A DNA stretch of 64,000 bases from Eledone cirrhosa. Taxonomy: Eukaryota. Each line of letters begins with the position of its first letter. Position 1 is the first letter of the stretch. Positions 14,405 to 28,308 of the stretch are shown here, piece by piece. The stretch lies in contig OZ024742.1 of assembly GCA_964016885.1 (NCBI GenBank), positions 54,250,001 to 54,314,000 on the forward strand, read 5' to 3'. Made by a program: the position numbers and the translations under genes. Under the pieces are notes generated by a model, which searched no databases, was not told the origin of the DNA, and saw only the letters and a list, made by a program, of their open reading frames with translations.

Positions 14405-14455
14405 AGATTCCTGATGATTTCTAAAGAATGAAACAGTTCTAGTCCTGTAGAATCT
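14405..14455 (+). ncRNA. Canonical type I hammerhead ribozyme motif
   Basis: agattc-CTGATGA-t ttct aa agaa t-GAAA-cag ttctagtc ctg-TA-gaatct; all three stems close; followed by (TA)n. Confidence 0.85.
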
Positions 14456-14470
14456 CATCTATATTAAAAC

Positions 14471-14503
<33 letters not shown>

Positions 14504-14530
14504 TTATTAAAATAACAGACTCTAGTTATA

Positions 14531-14790
14531 CCATAAACGTGGTTTTGTCTGTGCGTGTAATTGTTCACAGCGTCCACATAATGACGTATTATCTTCGTTT
14601 GTTTCGTTCATTGCCAGAGAACGTCTCCACGAACCACCTAATAGAATATTAGTATACGACTTCATTTTTACCATTAACGTGGTTTTGTCTTTGCGTGTAA
14701 TTGTTTTCACCGTTCCAAATAATGACGTATTATCTTCGTTTTTTCCCGTTCTTTGCCAGGGAACGTTTCCACGAACCAAAGTATTGTCTT
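14531..14790. repeat. ~141-bp tandem duplication (about 2 units)
   Basis: cca.taacgtggttttgtct..gcgtgtaattgtt...aatgacgtattatcttcgttt at 14531 and 14672. Confidence 0.8.
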
Positions 14791-14933
14791 CCTGTCTTCC
14801 TTCGGTTGCAACGTTTTTCGAAATATTTGCTTCTGTGTTCACAGATTGATTTTTTTAGTTTCAGAAGATCCCGTTAAGGGTGAAAGCAGCGATTCTTTGC
14901 TTAAACTTTAATCTGTTATTTTAATATATATTT

Positions 14934-14973
<40 letters not shown>

Positions 14974-14987
14974 TCTCTCTGTATATA

Positions 14988-15114
<127 letters not shown>

Positions 15115-15139
15115 ATATATATATATATAGATATATATA

Positions 15140-15602
15140 TAAACGTTTGGAGTTGGAAGGCCAAGACAATGCAGGTGTGAATATAGAATATAGAAATACA
15201 AATGCAAAAGATATTGTTGACAATTAGTCTTTTACCTTAAATTTATTTAAAAATCCTTAATTTTCGAGATAATATCTCTTCTTCGGAGGGAAGTAAAGGG
15301 GTTAATCCAGTGTTCTAATTAGCTTGCCAAGTCAGCATGACTTGGCAAACTAATTAGAACACTGGGTTAACCCCTTGGCAAGCTAATTAGAACACTGGAT
15401 TAACCCGTTTACTTCCATCCGAAGAAGAGATATCTCGAAAATTAAGGATATTCAAATAAATTTAAGGTAAAAGACTAATTGTCAACAATATATTTTGCAT
15501 TTGTATTTATATTCTATATCCATACCTGCATTGTCTTGACCTTCCAACTCCGAACGTGTATACCTCGTTACGCAATGCTTCAAGTAAACTAAAATTTGCT
15601 CC
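15140..15602. mobile_element. Solo pseudo-LTR of PLE family B as a double fold-back, with hammerheads in both arms
   Basis: Matches the termini at 27220, 40250, 49780, 53857 and 56800-57060; inverted about ~15335 and again ~15376; (TA)n on both sides. Confidence 0.85.
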
Positions 15603-15627
15603 ATATATATATATATATATATATATA

Positions 15628-17452
15628 GAATAAGTAAAAGCGAAGTAGTTTCAGATTTTCAAGTCTTTTAATAATAATGCTGTGATATATATTTCAATGG
15701 CGACAGTGGTCACACTGTTCCGTGCGCCACTGTCGCGACATCGTCAGACAGCTTCTTACATAATAAGGTTATGTTTCCGAGGCAATCCAAATTGAATCGA
15801 CATGGGAACGGACGAAGTGTGTGCTCTTGGGTTCTTCGTCCATTCCCCTGTGAGTACCAATTCACCCCCACCGGTCAGCGTAGGCGCAGGTCCGTAAGAA
15901 GTTGACCATTATCTACCGGAAACATAACCTTATTATGTAAAAAGCTGTCTGACGATGTCGCGACACTGGTGCACGGAACAGTGTGACCACTGTCGCCATT
16001 GAAATATATATCACAGCATTATTATTAAAAGACTTGAACATCTGAAACTACTTCGCTTTTCCTTATTCGATATTTATTCCGTCACTCCTATGTAGAATAA
16101 GTACGTTGAATGCTTGAATTGAATTGCATCAATGTTTACCCTAAGAATTTAGCCCCAATTAGTTGAGCGCTCTATGATGTAACCGATATGGTGGAGAACA
16201 GAGGAACCAGCCACGAGCTACACCCGGAAATCACCCCTACCATGGGGATGGAAACCCCTGATACTGGACGGACATAATAATACCTTTCGGCAGGATAAAT
16301 ACGCGGAAACAAAAACAAAGATAAACCCCTATTTTCCTGCACCAAATCGCATTTGAACAGAAGCCCCCTCAATTCAATCTATACATGGACAAATTGACAA
16401 TAATATTGATCATCTTTCTCATTTTGCATATATGTACTCTATGTGTTTTTGCATTTATTCATTAATTGTTTTTTTTCTTTTGTGTACGTTATATCGCTTT
16501 TTTTTTGTTCTGTTCCATGTGATGGAAATTCTAACTATGTACCCGACTAAATACTACCTTTCATACTATAATTTACCCTCCGTTCTACTGTGCGGTACTA
16601 TCGTTCACTATATAGATAATATAATCGTAACATTAATAACCATTTCAAAACTTCTCACTTAAACATCTCTCTGCATATTATTTACTCACTTCAATCTATA
16701 TTTTTTTACTCGCCTCAATCTAGATTCCCACTTGAAAAAGTATTAATTTTTAATTGTTAATTTTTAATTTCTAATTTTTGATATTTAATATTTGATTTCT
16801 GATTTTGGATTTTAAATTCTAATTCCCAACTCTCATTCATAACTTCCACCGTGAAACCATGATACATAGAATTAAGTATATTTTCTCTTAGAGGTTGATG
16901 GTCAATTATACTGTCTTAATGAGAGGTAGTATTCAGACCTGTGGATACTCATACTCTCCCATCCCAACTGGCTTTCGACTGACAGCCACTGACGGGATGG
17001 GTAGCAGTAAGCTATATTACAGGCCTTGAATGGGTCATCGTTTGGCTGAGAGGGGGAACTGACTAAGCGAATTTCGTTGAAATCTGCGGTAGCTAATGGT
17101 CAACATCCTACGGACCTGCGCCTGCGCAGACCGGTGGGGGTGAATTGGTACTCACAAGGGAATGGACGAAGAACCCAAGAGCACACACTTCGTCCGTTCC
17201 CATGTCGATTCAATTTGGATTGCCTCGGAAACATAACCTTATTATGTAACAAGCTGTCTGACGATGTCGCAACACTGGCGCACGGAACAGTGTGACCACT
17301 GTCGCCATTGAAATATATATCACAGCATTATTATTAAAAGACTTGAACATCTAAAACTACTTCGCTTTTCCTTATTCGATATTTACTCCGTCACTCCTAT
17401 GTGGAATAAGTACGTTGAGTGCTTGAATTGAATTGCATCAATATTTACCTAA
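15628..17452 (+). mobile_element. ORF-less hammerhead-delimited element: inverted pLTR (15628-15915) plus direct pLTRs (15918-16145 and 17095-17452), 1309-bp period
   Basis: Three copies of the same terminal repeat, no convincing internal ORF, (TA)n at both ends. Confidence 0.85.
15944..16017 (+). ncRNA. Type I hammerhead with palindromic stem III (copies at 17253-17326 plus and 15679-15752 minus)
   Basis: gctgt-CTGACGA-extended stem II (gcgaca/tgtcgc, tggt/acca)-GAAA-tatata-TC-acagc. Confidence 0.85.
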
Positions 17453-17490
<38 letters not shown>

Positions 17491-17591
17491 CAAAGAAAGT
17501 ATCGTAAGAAACCAGGTGGACCAAAGCGCACCAGAGTACTCGATACGAAGGGTAGTAGAATGGGTAATAGGAAAAGAGTCAGGAATCCGGG

Positions 17592-18608
<1,017 letters not shown>

Positions 18609-19202
18609 TCCCAGTACATGCTGTAAAATGGTTGGCATTGGGAAGATCATCCAACCATTGAAACGATGCCAAAATTGGAATGTATGGACAAGATGAGGTC
18701 ACTTGACCAACCTCAGTGTGAACATCCATTTAACCCATGCAAACATGGAAAATATTTGAATTAACGATATTTTCTACTAAATCATTACTGGATGTTAAGA
18801 ATTAGAGAGACAGAAAATTTCTCCTGGGATTTGAACACTTGGCCATGCAGTTCATCTTCCAGCAATATAGTCTCACAGCCTTATTTTACTTCAATACAGA
18901 TTGAACTAAAATAGATAAAACTGGAGTTTAAGGAATTTTTTAACAGTTCTTATATAACATGAATTAGAAGAGATAAAACTGGACTTTAACCTTTTAGCAT
19001 TTCAACTGGCCATAACCGGCCAGAATTCCCTCACCTCTTTCTGTTTAAACTGGCTGTTACTAGTCATTCATACTTAGGTTAAGGTATTGTTCTCAAAATA
19101 AATAATACCAAAATCTATAGATTAATATTATGTAAGATAAAGCCTTTACTGCGAAAATACAATAGTATATATAGAGTAATGTAAATGCTAAATATATATA
19201 TA

Positions 19203-20215
<1,013 letters not shown>

Positions 20216-20239
20216 ATGCGCCTTGTGCGTGAAGGGACG

Positions 20240-20323
<84 letters not shown>

Positions 20324-20922
20324 GTGGAGAGAGAATATTTAAGTATCGAGAGAGAGAAGGAGGGATAGGCGATACATGCAGTTATTTGCCAATAGCGTAT
20401 GCAGAGGGTGCTCAATACTAGTGCCGGCAGTGTTAAATATTAGAAGTGTTAATATCTAGTGGGCGAGAGAATTAGCAGGGTGGAAGCACGTGGAGAAGTA
20501 AATAAAGGAGAACAAACCGTAAAAACATGTTTATTTAAAATAGCACCTACATACGTTTCGCCTTAATGGGCTTCTCAAGGGCATAAACAACTAAAAAGCG
20601 TTCCTTACATGACCCGGAATGGGTTTTTAGAAATACGTTCAGGTCAGAGTTCATTCTTCGTAAAAAAACAAGTATTGATTTTGCAGTAGGTCAAGGCAGA
20701 TAACTCTAGCCGGTGTTAGGGCAGTATTTTGCGGACGACTTTTTTATCCGTTACTACTATGTGGTTACTACACTACCATTGTCGATACGTACAGGGTCAG
20801 GTATGCAACGTTAGTTTCGAGATGTTTGTTTGCTGCGCCTGCCCGCCTGGGTTGATTCATGCCGGGTCTGGGATGCATGGTTAGTTTCCGGATGTTTTTT
20901 GCAGCGCCTGCCCACCGGGGTG

Positions 20923-20984
<62 letters not shown>

Positions 20985-20988
<4 letters not shown>

Positions 20989-22050
20989 TGGTGTCTGTGC
21001 TGCTGTACGGGTCTGAGACTTGGACACCGACCAAGAAACTCACTCAGATGGTGGATGGGTGCTACACGAGAAGGCTGAGGATGGCTCGGAACATTAATTA
21101 GTATACACTCAGACTCAGAAGCTCCCGCGTCTTGCGACGCATGAGGCAATCATAGTGTTCCACCGCGTTCGGCCAGCAGCCAGTTGCACAGCGTCCCGCC
21201 ATTGTCTGTTTGTCGCTCGCAAGTCCCTCTCAACTATCTGGCGCCAGTTCATTTTGGGTCGCCCTCTCCGTCTACTTCTCTGTGGGTTCCATTTAAGTAC
21301 TTGGTTCGCCTGTCTCTCCGGGGGAAGTCTCAAAGCGTGCCCAAACCAGCCCAGGCGTCGCTTGCTGATGGCAGAAGAGACCAGCTGCTGGTTGGTGCGG
21401 TTCCTGACTTCCTGGTTTGTTACATGGTCACTCCATTTAATCCCCAGGATCTTTTGCAGACATCTGGAATCGAATGCGTCCAACTTCTTCTCTTGGCTGG
21501 TCTTAAGGTGCCATGTTTCACTTCCGTTCAAGAGTATGGACAGCACGTTGCTGTTGTAGAATCTCATCTTTGTTTTGAGGGTGAACTTCCTGCTCTTCCA
21601 GATCTTGACAAGCTGGTTAAATGCTGCTGAAGCCTTTCCCATTCTACATTGCAATTCACTGTCCATGGCGCCCCCATTGTCAATGAAGCTTCCTAGATAG
21701 GTGAATTTGTCCACTATCTCCATCTCCCCTGTTCAATGAAAACACTAGTTCGTGAGGAGGAAAAACTCAGAGCTGTATGGGAGCCTCCCAAAAGTCAGCT
21801 CAAAAGTGACACAGAGGAGACTGAGGTTAGCTGGACATGGTCACCGACATCCAGAGTTGACACTGCACTCAGTGCTCCTGTGGGAACCCCTGCATGAACA
21901 CACTGGAAGGGGAAGACCAAAGTTAACTTATGTTGATGCCCCAAGGACAGAAACTGGTCTGTTGGAGACGCAGGACATGGTAGCGATAGTGAGGGAGAGA
22001 GACCGCTGGAGAGAACTCGTCCATGGATCTTGGGAATTTTACCCGCCCTG
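20985..22050 (+). mobile_element. RTE-like LINE 3' fragment (LINE A), interrupted by LINE B, followed by a (GAT)n tail
   Basis: TVVSVLLYGSETWT..DGCYTRRLRMARNI (20985-21107) resumes as NSELYGSLPKVS..RRLRLAGH..GRGRPKLTYVD (21760-22050). Confidence 0.85.
21105..21740 (-). mobile_element. 5'-truncated RTE-like LINE (LINE B) with an open C-terminal ORF2 segment
   Basis: 202-aa ORF VDKFTYLGS..RMGKASAAF..ETW..LGWFGHALR..RGRPK; short CTGAGT tandem tail. Confidence 0.9.
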
Positions 22051-22311
22051 ATGCTGATGATGATGCTGATGATGATGTTGTTGATGATGATAATGGTGAT
22101 GATGATGATGGTGAGGGGGAGGAGGAGAATGATGATGAAAATATTAATGTTGATGATGATGATGATGATGATTATGGTGATGCTGAAGACGAAGATGATA
22201 ATGATAATGATAATGGTGACGATAAATATTTGCTCTACGATTCTTATATATTTGATATATATTTATCCTTATCGAGCCCTCTTTGGATTTTAGTCTTCAA
22301 ATTATTATTAT

Positions 22312-22363
<52 letters not shown>

Positions 22364-22575
22364 GGAAGGAAACATCCTTCTGTTATAAGTGCTTCGAAAG
22401 GCACTTTTCCTTCTGTGACTTCTTATTGGGAATGCTATGAAATGTTATATGTTTCATGATTTGTATATTCATGACAAGTTTTACTACAAAACATACATTT
22501 TACATAGCATTTCCGATAGATGATAAAGTTTATGTATACGTCTACAATACAAATATATGATGATGATTATGATGG

Positions 22576-22607
<32 letters not shown>

Positions 22608-22877
22608 GTGGTGGTGATGATAATGAAGATTGTGGTGATTGTGATGTTGATAGTGAATAAATGACGACGACTATAATGACGATGATAATGATGATGATAA
22701 TGATGATGATTCTGGTGGTGATGATGGTGATGAGGAAGATTGTGAATTTGACAATGATGATGATGGTATTGTTGATGATGCTGATGATGATGCTGATGAT
22801 GACGTTGTTGATGAGGATAATGGTGATGATGATGATGGTGAGGAGGAGGAGGAGAATGATGATGAAAATATTAATGT

Positions 22878-22912
<35 letters not shown>

Positions 22913-23030
22913 ATGGTGATGCTGAAGATGAAGATGATGATGATAATGATAATGGTGACGATAATAATTAAGATGATGACGATGCAGAAGATTCTGGACA
23001 TCATAATCATGATATGTATATGATGAGAGT
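22050..23030. repeat. (GAT)n-rich low-complexity blocks, partly duplicated (22050-22225 ~ 22775-22965)
   Basis: Shared interrupting motif gaggaggagaatgatgatgaaaatattaatgttgat in both blocks. Confidence 0.9.
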
Positions 23031-23399
23031 ATAGCATGAATGTAATCTCTAATTTAGCATGCATTTATTTGAAGAAACAAGATAAGCGAAAATATAATGA
23101 ATTTTGTAATTAAAGTCTGCAGTTTCCTTCGAAAATTTCAATTATCTTAACTGCGCCGAAAATAGTTTTCAACTAAAACCTACGCAGAGATTGGTTTATA
23201 CAAAAATATACAATATAAATCCATATCTTATCAGTGAGCACTTCACATGTATTATATCCTCATGAATAAGGTGACAAATATAAATGAATATAAAATATAA
23301 TCTACACTATGAATCAACGCAGAGCAAACACGTAATGATACATAGACAATAATATGACCTCATAAATACACAAACAAATACATAAATATGTATACCTAT

Positions 23400-23500
<101 letters not shown>

Positions 23501-23577
23501 GAGAGGGAAGGAAACATCCTTCTGTTATAAGTGCTTTACTTCGAAAGGCACTTTTCCTTCTGTGATTTCTTATTGGG

Positions 23578-23612
<35 letters not shown>

Positions 23613-24194
23613 CGGCGATGAATTAGTTTTGCGAGGTTTTTTATATGAAATCGTGTGTCGAAACAGATATTGTTATATTTGGGGAGGGTCATATTTGAGT
23701 AATATTGCCAGAATTAATAACAGAACACACTCACTGTTTGGTTGGTTTTTGCTTCTCGCTGTCTTTTATATATATATATCTGCGATCTAACTTACTCGAT
23801 CCTCAATGTTGCCATTGACTGACCGGCGGTCAAAAATAATACAGATACAATATAGACACAAACACATATATATAGTTTACATAATTTACATAAATCTTTC
23901 GTTGCACATCTGCAACATCGTCAGTGGTGTTATATTCATTGTTCCTCCTGTTGTGTTGTATGTCTACGCCATTTTTTTTTTGTTCAGTCTGTCTATATAT
24001 TTATTTATTTATTTGCTTGTTTGTTTATCTTATTTTATTTTGTCTTCTTTGCGCATGCGTTTGCGTGTGTGTATAGTGTTATGTGTGATGTGTGACTAGT
24101 GTGTATAGTGTTGTGTCTGCTGGGTGACTAGTGTGTGTTTATGTGCTTGTGTATGTATTTATTTATCTTATTTTATTTTATTTTATTTACTTAT

Positions 24195-25973
24195 TTATAC
24201 TTCTCTTAGGTCAGTGTTGTTTGTTTGGGTGTTGTTGTTGTTCCACTCATTCTTTCTGTTTAGCTTTGGTCTTCTAATTTCTATTTCACTGGCCTCTCTG
24301 ATTTGCCTATCTGCTGGGTCATTCCTATGTTTAGATATTATTCTAATTTCTATGTTGTCTATGTTACCGTCATGTTGTTGTCTAGCATGTTCGTATAGTA
24401 CTGACCCGTTTTTTCGTCCTTTTAGTTCCCCCCAGTGTTGGTCTATCCTTTCACCTATGCTACGAGCTGTCTCACCTATGTATGTTGTTGTCATGTTTCT
24501 GCAAGTACCCTCTGTACATCTTATGCTATAGACTACGTTTCTAGTTTTACAGTTTATCCGGGGGTTCACCTTACATATGATACATTTCCTATTGGTACAG
24601 TGGGTTTTCTTAAAAGGGTAGGTTTTGCTGATCAGGGATTTTATGGTGGTTCCTGGCTTTTCTACCACCTTTATTTTTAAGTGGGTCTTTCTCAGGGCCT
24701 TTCTACACTGGTTAGCTAATTTCCCTCCAGGGGTGGCGTCCACAAACATGACACTCTGATATCTCTGGTTGTCGTACCATGATGTGGCCTTCCCTATCTT
24801 ATGTCTAGCCCTATCTAAGCTATTCCATGATTTGCTCCTGTATAGTGGGCAAATTCCTTTCATGTCCAGTTCTATGAGGGTCTTATACTTTTCCATGGCT
24901 CCTTCGTATACTCTGACTCTGTCTCTTTGGTTGTAGCCAGAGAACTGCATGCGGTTGACGAAGTGTTGGATGTGTCCTTCCATTTCTGTTGGGTCGCACA
25001 TGCTGGACACATTCTTCATCACTCGTACCAAATCTGCGATCAGAATATTAAACTTAGCACTACTGGACATTGCTGAGTTTTTGAGTATCAGGTATTTGGA
25101 GGCCATGGGTTTAGCATAGTGTGAGTGGAGAATTTGGGCTCTCTCGTCTATAGTGTTAATCCAGAGTTCTGTGTCTAATACAGGTAGTCTATTGTTAGGG
25201 TGTTTGGAAGGGAAGTCTATAGTTACAGTTATACTCTGGTGTATGGAATTAGCTATCTGCTGGATGCTTTCCATCGTGCTACGTTCTAAATCAAACTTGT
25301 TAGTGCTCTCTAGTGGGGGTGTTCTTATAACTATATTGATATCGTCTACATAACGAGAGTACATGATGAGGTCTATGGAGCTTTCATTAAGGAGATCTTT
25401 AAGTCTCCTTTCCCACCATGCCATGAAAAGGTTGGCAACATCACCAGCTATGCTGACGCCGATGGCTGCTCCCTCATTTTGGGTGTAGATTTTCTCATTG
25501 AACTTAAATATGTGGCCCTTTAGGGTAGTTTTGATACTAGCCCCTATTGCATGTGCGACCATTTTTTTTACCTGATCAGTGTTTTGGGGGGTCCGTATAG
25601 CTTTGGTCCACCCAATCCACCTTCCTATGGGAGTCTTTTTAGCCATTGAGGTTATGGTGGGGGGTCTACTAGGGCAGAAACATCTAAGGTCATGGCTGTC
25701 TAGGTAGTCAGTGTCGTAGGTAAGTCTAAGTAGGAGGCCCAGTTCGTCTGTGTCGACGTCGCAGAACTCCACCTCACTCTCAATGATCATCTCCACACAT
25801 CTTTTCACAGCAAAATCAATGTTAATGGATGGGTACAGTGACACCACATCCATGCTGCCTATTATGCAGTTGGATAGGCTCCTGTTTTTGTTGCACTCAC
25901 TGATTCTGCTGAGGAGGTCCTCTGTACTTTCACATACATCTGGGGACATCTTGATTATGGGGCGTATAACCAT
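24195..25973 (-). CDS. PLE polyprotein (5'-truncated): reverse transcriptase plus GIY-YIG endonuclease
   Basis: 592 aa without stops: GSMDVVSLYPSI, QNEGAAIGVSIAG, YSRYVDD, LPVLD, Cys-rich linker, NVVYSIRC...YIGETARSIGERIDQH, RQIREA, LN. Confidence 0.92.
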   Translation of the reverse strand: MVIRPIIKMSPDVCESTEDLLSRISECNKNRSLSNCIIGSMDVVSLYPSINIDFAVKRCVEMIIESEVEFCDVDTDELGLLLRLTYDTDYLDSHDLRCFCPSRPPTITSMAKKTPIGRWIGWTKAIRTPQNTDQVKKMVAHAIGASIKTTLKGHIFKFNEKIYTQNEGAAIGVSIAGDVANLFMAWWERRLKDLLNESSIDLIMYSRYVDDINIVIRTPPLESTNKFDLERSTMESIQQIANSIHQSITVTIDFPSKHPNNRLPVLDTELWINTIDERAQILHSHYAKPMASKYLILKNSAMSSSAKFNILIADLVRVMKNVSSMCDPTEMEGHIQHFVNRMQFSGYNQRDRVRVYEGAMEKYKTLIELDMKGICPLYRSKSWNSLDRARHKIGKATSWYDNQRYQSVMFVDATPGGKLANQCRKALRKTHLKIKVVEKPGTTIKSLISKTYPFKKTHCTNRKCIICKVNPRINCKTRNVVYSIRCTEGTCRNMTTTYIGETARSIGERIDQHWGELKGRKNGSVLYEHARQQHDGNIDNIEIRIISKHRNDPADRQIREASEIEIRRPKLNRKNEWNNNNTQTNNTDLREV

Positions 25974-26659
25974 TGGTTATAGAACTGGACATGAAAGGAA
26001 TTTGCCCACTATACAGGAGCAAATCATGGAATAGCTTAGATAGGGCTAGACATAAGATAGGGAAGGCCACATCATGGTACGACAACCAGAGATATCAGAG
26101 TGTCATGTTTGTGGACGCCACCCCTGGAGGGAAATTAGCTAACCAGTGTAGAAAGGCCCTGAGAAAGACCCACTTAAAAATAAAGGTGGTAGAAAAGCCA
26201 GGAACCACCATAAAATCCCTGATCAGCAAAACCTACCCTTTTAAGAAAACCCACTGTACCAATAGGAAATGTATCATATGTAAGGTGAACCCCCGGATAA
26301 ACTGTAAAACTAGAAACGTAGTCTATAGCATAAGATGTACAGAGGGTACTTGCAGAAACATGACAACAACATACATAGGTGAGACAGCTCGTAGCATAGG
26401 TGAAAGGATAGACCAACACTGGGGGGAACTAAAAGGACGAAAAAACGGGTCAGTACTATACGAACATGCTAGACAACAACATGACGGTAACATAGACAAC
26501 ATAGAAATTAGAATAATATCTAAACATAGGAATGACCCAGCAGATAGGCAAATCAGAGAGGCCAGTGAAATAGAAATTAGAAGACCAAAGCTAAACAGAA
26601 AGAATGAGTGGAACAACAACAACACCCAAACAAACAACACTGACCTAAGAGAAGTATAA
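25973..26659 (+). pseudogene. Inverted duplicate of the PLE thumb/GIY-YIG region
   Basis: 228-aa ORF identical to the C-terminus of the 592-aa ORF. Confidence 0.9.
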
Positions 26660-26925
26660 ATAAGTAAATAAAATAAAATAAAATAAGATAAATAAATACA
26701 TACACAAGCACATAAACACACACTAGTCACCCAGCAGACACAACACTATACACACTAGTCACACATCACACATAACACTATACACACACGCAAACGCATG
26801 CGCAAAGAAGACAAAATAAAATAAGATAAACAAACAAGCAAATAAATAAATAAATATATAGACAGACTGAACAAAAAAAAAAAATGGCGTAGACATACAA
26901 CACAACAGGAGGAACAATGAATATA

Positions 26926-26970
26926 ACACCACTGACGATGTTGCAGATGTGCAACGAAAGATTTATGTAA
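26926..26970 (+). ncRNA. Minimal hammerhead motif in the family A pLTR (mirror ~23885-23930 minus)
   Basis: ca-CTGACGA-t gttgca gatg tgcaac-GAAA-gatt-TA-tg; strong stem II, weak stem I. Confidence 0.6.
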
Positions 26971-27181
26971 ATTATGTAAACTATATATATGTGTTTGTGT
27001 CTATATTGTATCTGTATTATTTTTGACCGCCGGTCAGTCAATGGCAACATTGAGGACCGAGTAAGTTAGATCGCAGATATATATATATAAAAGACAGCGA
27101 GAAGCAAAAACCAACCAAACAGTGAGTGTGTTCTATTATTAATTCTGGCAATATTACGCAAATATGACCCTCCCCAAATAT

Positions 27182-27216
<35 letters not shown>

Positions 27217-27219
27217 TAT

Positions 27220-28308
27220 ATAAACCTTTGGAGTTGGAAGGTCAAGACAATGCAGGTATGGATATAGGATATAAATACAAATGCAAAAGATATTGTTGAC
27301 AATTAGTCTTTTACCTTAAATTTATTTGAATATCCTTAATTTTCGAGATATCTCTTCTTCGGAGGGAAGTAAAGGGGTTAATCCAGTGTTCTAATTAGCT
27401 TGCCAAGTCATGCTGACAGGAAATGGTATAGAGATTCCATTCTATCTCTAATGTCAAAGATTGAAGGTTAGCTGGATAAAGAGTTGTCTCCATTTAAATG
27501 GGTTTTGTACATGTATGTTTAAGTGTGTAGGAGAATACGTGAAGGCTTAAGTATGCGTGTGTGTGTGTGAGAGGATATGTCTATATGTAAATATGGGTGC
27601 TAGATGCTCTATCATGTTAATACTGGTCTTTGTGTGTGTATGTGTGTGTGTGAGAGAGAATAAGTGGAGGTGTAAGCGTGTGTGTGTGTGTATGTGTGCG
27701 TGCGTGTGCGAGTGTGTGTGTGCGTGTGTGTGTGTGAGAAGGGGGGGGGGTTAAGTGTAGGGCTAGGTGCTCTATCATGTTAACAATTGGGTGTTGAGTT
27801 CTAGTCTATTATTGATTGGTGGGTGCGTTTTGTCTATAATCAGTGCTTCCTTAATTCTAAGATTGCCGAGGTTTCTTTCCTTAGTTTCTATCCTAACTGT
27901 TATGTTTTTATCAGTGTTTTTGCATTTCACTAGGTGTTTCTTAAATGAGGAAGCGTTAGTATGGAGGTGTTCTTTTACTCTTATGTGGAGTGGTCTGGTG
28001 GTGCTACCTATGTAGAAATTGCTGCATTTGTCACACTCTAGTTGTATACGACGTAAGCCTGGTGGAATAGGTCTGTGTCGTTGATGGGGCAGTTGGCTAG
28101 CCTGCAGCGGCTGTCATGTCTGGTGGTGTGTCTATTGGTTAGCTGTCCGCGTAGAGAAGGTCCTGAGTGGGCTTTTTGGACATCTAGTCCCTCTCGTCTG
28201 ATAGCTCTGCGGATGGCTGTTGTTGTTTCGTCACTGAAGTGTGGGAGCTTCAGGAAGCAAGTGTTAGTGCCTCGGGTGTGGTGTCCTCTGTTGTTTCTGG
28301 CACGGTTC
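27220..28308 (-). mobile_element. 5'-truncated PLE family B (GIY-YIG plus pLTR)
   Basis: Homologous to 54000-54950 and 55960-57020; separated from family A only by a (TA)n tract. Confidence 0.9.

Larger units (their letters stand above)
23667..27189 (-). mobile_element. Young Penelope-like element (family A, possibly Nematis-like) with a 1.2-kb inverted 3' duplication
   Basis: Arms 23667-24875 and 25978-27189 are nearly identical; the junction contains the small palindrome tataaccattggttata; (TA)n lies at or within ~55 bp of each end. Confidence 0.92.

Noticed and set aside
17057-17095. ctgacta-agcga att tcgtt-gaaa-tctgcgg-ta second hammerhead
   Set aside because: G8 is missing and there is no stem I.
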